From the sequence record OY723376.1: DNA of 10,167 nucleotides; one strand, written 5' to 3'. Position 1 is the first letter of the stretch, and each line of letters begins with the position of its first letter. The translations under genes were made by a program, and so were the position numbers. Below are positions 7,222 to 10,167 of this stretch, one piece after another. A model generated the notes under the pieces. That model made no database searches. It saw only the letters and a program-made list of their open reading frames with translations, and was not told the DNA's origin.

Positions 7222-7732
7222 TACGATGTGTATACCTATCCATTAAGTACATCATTAGATACATCAAACCATGTGTTTCATGTCATTAGATGTATCAATA
7301 CATGATACTACTAGTACTCTCTAGATACTCATAGTACTCCATACACCTCTGCAATGGTGGTATGGTACCCGTACTCCCCATGTACTGTATACCATAGGAT
7401 ACATGGTACTAATGGTGTGTATGGTGTAGTACTACTGGTATTAGATGTGTGTACCTACTCATAATGAGTACTTCATGTCATCAAATCATGTGTTTCATGT
7501 CATCAAATGCATGCAATATCATGATATCTGGTGACTACTGGATACTCCCTATATACCATATAGTACTCCATACACCTCTGCAATGGTGGTATGGTACCCG
7601 TACTCCCCATGTACTGTATACCATAGGATACATGGTACTAATGGTGTGTATGCTGTTGTACTAGTGGTATTAGATGTGTATACCTACTCATGATGTATAC
7701 ATTCATGTCATCAAATGCATGCATTTACATGA
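7222..7732. repeat. ~229-bp subrepeat array, last block of the long unit (diverged + full + partial copy)
   Basis: ttagatgtg starts at 7441 and 7670 (period 229). The copies at 7222..7440 and 7441..7669 share the local variant gcaatggtggtatggtaccc. 7442..7701 is roughly 95 percent identical to 2262..2521. Confidence 0.85.
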
Positions 7733-8144
7733 TGATACTGCTCATGAGTACCTACTCGTAATAGTATACATGTGGTATCCATGGTATACATAGTACTCGT
7801 AGTGTATGCTGTTAGGCTATGGTATAGGGGTATCCTGCACCCCGCATACCCTCCGTGCATACTACTAGTATCCTGTGTATCACTAGATACTGTATATGAT
7901 CATACGTGCAAACCATGTGTTTAGATGTCTCGAAACATGTGTTTTGGTGTCATGACATACACATTCTGTACTACTAATGAGCACCTGTTCATGGTATGTG
8001 CTGTAAGGGATACTAGGGGATATGGTGTATACCTCTAATGGGGCATATGCTGCCATTAGGGATACCCCCAATACCTATAGTACTCTGTATAGCTCATTAC
8101 ACCATGATATGCAATAGTAGTGGATTCGCTCATCTCGACTAGAT

Positions 8145-8163
8145 CATGTCACGAAATGACATG
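8145..8163. repeat. Short inverted repeat catgtca-cgaaa-tgacatg
   Basis: Same at offset 5180. Confidence 0.8.
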
Positions 8164-8563
8164 TTTTGGGAGGTGTGCCGATACCCACTAGTAACACATA
8201 TACTGTATGGTATGCAGGTATCCCCATTCCCTCGATAAAGAGGCATTAAGGGATATGCACATGCCACCAGTACACTGAGGGATCCAAGGGGTGCCAAAAG
8301 GGGTCCAAAAGTGCTCATTTAGGGGTACCCGTAAATGGCATAATTGCCCCGATTTCGCGTACTCATATTCCTAAGGTCACTGTAAGGAATATGGTCTCCG
8401 GCGATGGCATTCCCATTGTGTGCATCCGAAAAGGGCATAAAATGACCCATTTTAGGCACTTTTGGGCCTTTTGGGGTCGCGAATGTGCACTTTCAGACCC
8501 CCAATATGCCCAAAAGGGTCCAAAATGATGCATTCGTTTTCTGTCTGACTCGGATCCGCCCTT

Positions 8564-8582
8564 CGCGCGCGCGCGCGTGTGT
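8564..8582. repeat. (CG)7(TG)2T alternating tract
   Basis: Same tract at offset 8312. Confidence 0.9.
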
Positions 8583-8986
8583 TACTATACACTAAGGGCA
8601 CACAATTTAGGGGTTCCGAGGACCTCCAGACCCCCAATCCGACACCCTCTGGGATACCCTATCTGAGGGGTACGGGCCCGAATCCCTTAGGAGCACCTTA
8701 GGGATGGCATTGGGGAGGGGTCTGGGAGCACCCAGAAAGGGTCCCAAAACGAGTGATTTAGGGTCCAAAACACCCATTTTGGGAGGTCTCGGGATACCTC
8801 AGATACCCCATTTCTGGAGGTCTTGGGGTCCTCAGATCATGGCATCCGTGTCCTCAGATACCTAATACCTATGGTCTGCGAGTCCTTAGTACCTATCTGC
8901 ATGGTCTGTATGCCCGTATCCTCTGTGCCATGTCCTCTGTGCATGTCCTCAGTACCTCTCTGCGAGTCCTTAGTACCTAATGCCTA

Positions 8987-9034
8987 TACCTATCTGCATA
9001 CCTATCTGCATACCTATCTGCATACCTATCTGCA
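8987..9034. repeat. 12-bp minisatellite (tacctatctgca) x4
   Basis: Same array at offset 8312, also four copies. Confidence 0.95.
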
Positions 9035-9433
9035 CAGGTCCTCAGATACATCGCGAGCATCCCCGGACCCCATATCTCATGATCTGATGGTCTCCGGATC
9101 CGCTCATGGTCTCCAGATCTGCACATCCCCAGACCCCTAATCCGATACCCACAGCATATGGTCTCATAGTATGTATCTAATGGTGATGGTATCCATAGTG
9201 GTCTGTATCCCTACTACACACCCCATGGTATGTAGTGCATATGGTCTGCATGCCCTCATGGTCTCCGGATCCCTGCATCCCTGGATCCCATACCCATGGC
9301 ATCCCCAGACCCCCGGATCTCATGATTCCAGACCCCAAATCCATCATTTTGAGACCTCTAAAATCATCATTTTAGACCCCAAAACCATGGATTTCAGGTC
9401 CTCAGATATGCTCTCCGGGATGCTCGTAATGGT

Positions 9434-9559
9434 CATAATGGCTCTCTGAGGATATGGGGATACTCCCCGTAGGCCTCTCGGTAGCCCAGGATGCACGGAG
9501 GGACATTCCCTGTGGAGGTGATCTCCTCAGGTATCCCGTATGCCATATCCTGTCATTAG
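9434..9559. repeat. 126-bp dispersed element, type a, in unit 3
   Basis: Equals 1122..1247 at offset 8312. Confidence 0.9.
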
Positions 9560-9609
9560 GTACCCATTCCGACCCATTTGGTGTCCCCAAAATCATCACT
9601 TTTGGTGAC

Positions 9610-9627
9610 CAAAGGGGTACCCCTTTG
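9610..9627. repeat. 18-bp perfect palindrome caaaggggtacccctttg
   Basis: Same at offset 8312. Confidence 0.9.
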
Positions 9628-9984
9628 CAACACGTTTTGGGACCCCCTAAAATGGTCACTTTTGGGACCTCTTTAGGTACCCTTCCCGGCACCCCTTAAG
9701 GGCCATCCTTCGAGGAATGGCACCATTTAGGGGGTCTGAAAGGGGGTCAGAAAGGGTGCTAAAAGGGTACATGCATGAGTACTCACACACCATCTTTAAG
9801 GGGTTTCGGGGGTTCTGTATCCCTCGAAGGATCCCCCTTAGTATATGGGGTGGTGTTCCCATGTGCAAAAGGGGCTAAAAGAGGTGTTTTCGACCCTTTT
9901 TGCATGCCAAAACCACCAAAATCGATGGTTTTGAGCACCCCAAATCACTCATTTTGGGGGTTTCGGGCCCTGTCCAATACCCTC

Positions 9985-10083
9985 CATAATGGTCTCTTAG
10001 AGGATATGGGGTACTGCATGTAGGCCTCTCGGTAGCCCAGGATGCACGGAGGGACATTCCCTGTGGAGGTGATCTCCTCAGGT
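9985..10083. repeat. Dispersed element, type b, in unit 3
   Basis: Equals 1673..1771 at offset 8312. Confidence 0.9.
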
Positions 10084-10132
10084 TCCATAATGCCCTAGAT
10101 GTGCTAATCCCGTGCCGATACCTACTCGCAAC

Positions 10133-10159
10133 ACATGTTTTGGGACCCCTAAAACATGT
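10133..10159. repeat. 27-bp inverted repeat (9-bp arms)
   Basis: Same at offset 8312. Confidence 0.85.
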
Positions 10160-10167
10160 ATTTCGAC

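Larger units (their letters stand above)
5271..7701. repeat. Variable core of the long unit (replaces 2139..2521 of the short unit, net +2,048 bp)
   Basis: Identity at offset 3132 ends at 2138/5270. Identity at offset 5180 resumes at 2522/7702. Confidence 0.9.
3133..8312. repeat. Higher-order tandem repeat unit, long variant (5,180 bp), copy 2
   Basis: Starts with the same gctcatttaggggtaccc string as positions 1 and 8313. The first 2,138 bp and last 611 bp are collinear with the short unit. The middle is expanded. Confidence 0.95.
8313..10167. repeat. Higher-order tandem repeat unit, copy 3 (truncated by the window end)
   Basis: 8313..10167 repeats 3133..4987 and 1..1855. ORF translations are identical at +5180 and +8312. 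Confidence 0.95.

Noticed and set aside
3133-8312. Insertion sequence, transposon or integrated element accounting for the extra 2 kb of the long unit.
   Set aside because: There is no transposase-sized ORF, and no terminal inverted repeats or target-site duplication at 5270/5271 or 7701/7702. The extra DNA is recognisably derived from the unit's own modules.
1-10167. CRISPR array.
   Set aside because: Repeats are kilobase-scale or 229 bp with homologous rather than unique intervening sequence. There is no set of 24 to 48-bp repeats separated by unique spacers, and no cas-like ORF.
1-10167. Concatemer artefact of a small circular replicon (plasmid, minicircle or rolling-circle read).
   Set aside because: A simple concatemer would give equal unit lengths, but here they are 3,132 and 5,180 bp. 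A mixed population of circles or a chimeric assembly cannot be excluded without reads.

Overview
I cannot defend any gene in this 10,167-bp window. It holds about 2.3 head-to-tail copies of a large tandem repeat whose units differ in length. The units are 1..3132 (3,132 bp), 3133..8312 (5,180 bp) and a third copy cut off by the window end (8313..10167). Shared parts are essentially identical. 1..2138 equals 3133..5270 base for base, and 2522..4987 equals 7702..10167 apart from one t/c difference at 2802/7982. The 2,048-bp length difference lies entirely inside an array of ~229-bp subrepeats. Much of the extra DNA is an older, diverged partial copy of the unit's own modules. Each unit has two compositional halves. 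One is rich in G/C runs and in single telomere-like heptamers (TTTAGGG, TTTTGGG and their complements). The other is AT-richer and crowded with CATG and GTAC. Smaller recurring structures are a 126-bp element with an invariant 64-bp core, a 12-bp x4 minisatellite, a (CG)7(TG)n tract, an 18-bp perfect palindrome and several hairpins. The longest ORF in any frame is 119 aa. The ORFs overlap on both strands, translate to low-complexity peptides, and recur only because the DNA recurs. I found no rRNA, tRNA, CRISPR array, transposase or prokaryote-style operon. The architecture resembles eukaryotic satellite, subtelomeric or spacer-like higher-order repeat DNA. An assembly artefact of such DNA is also possible. 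It does not look like a protein-coding accessory island, so I see no evidence for a novel protein-based system. All identity statements come from reading by eye plus the ORF track. I cannot determine the source organism.
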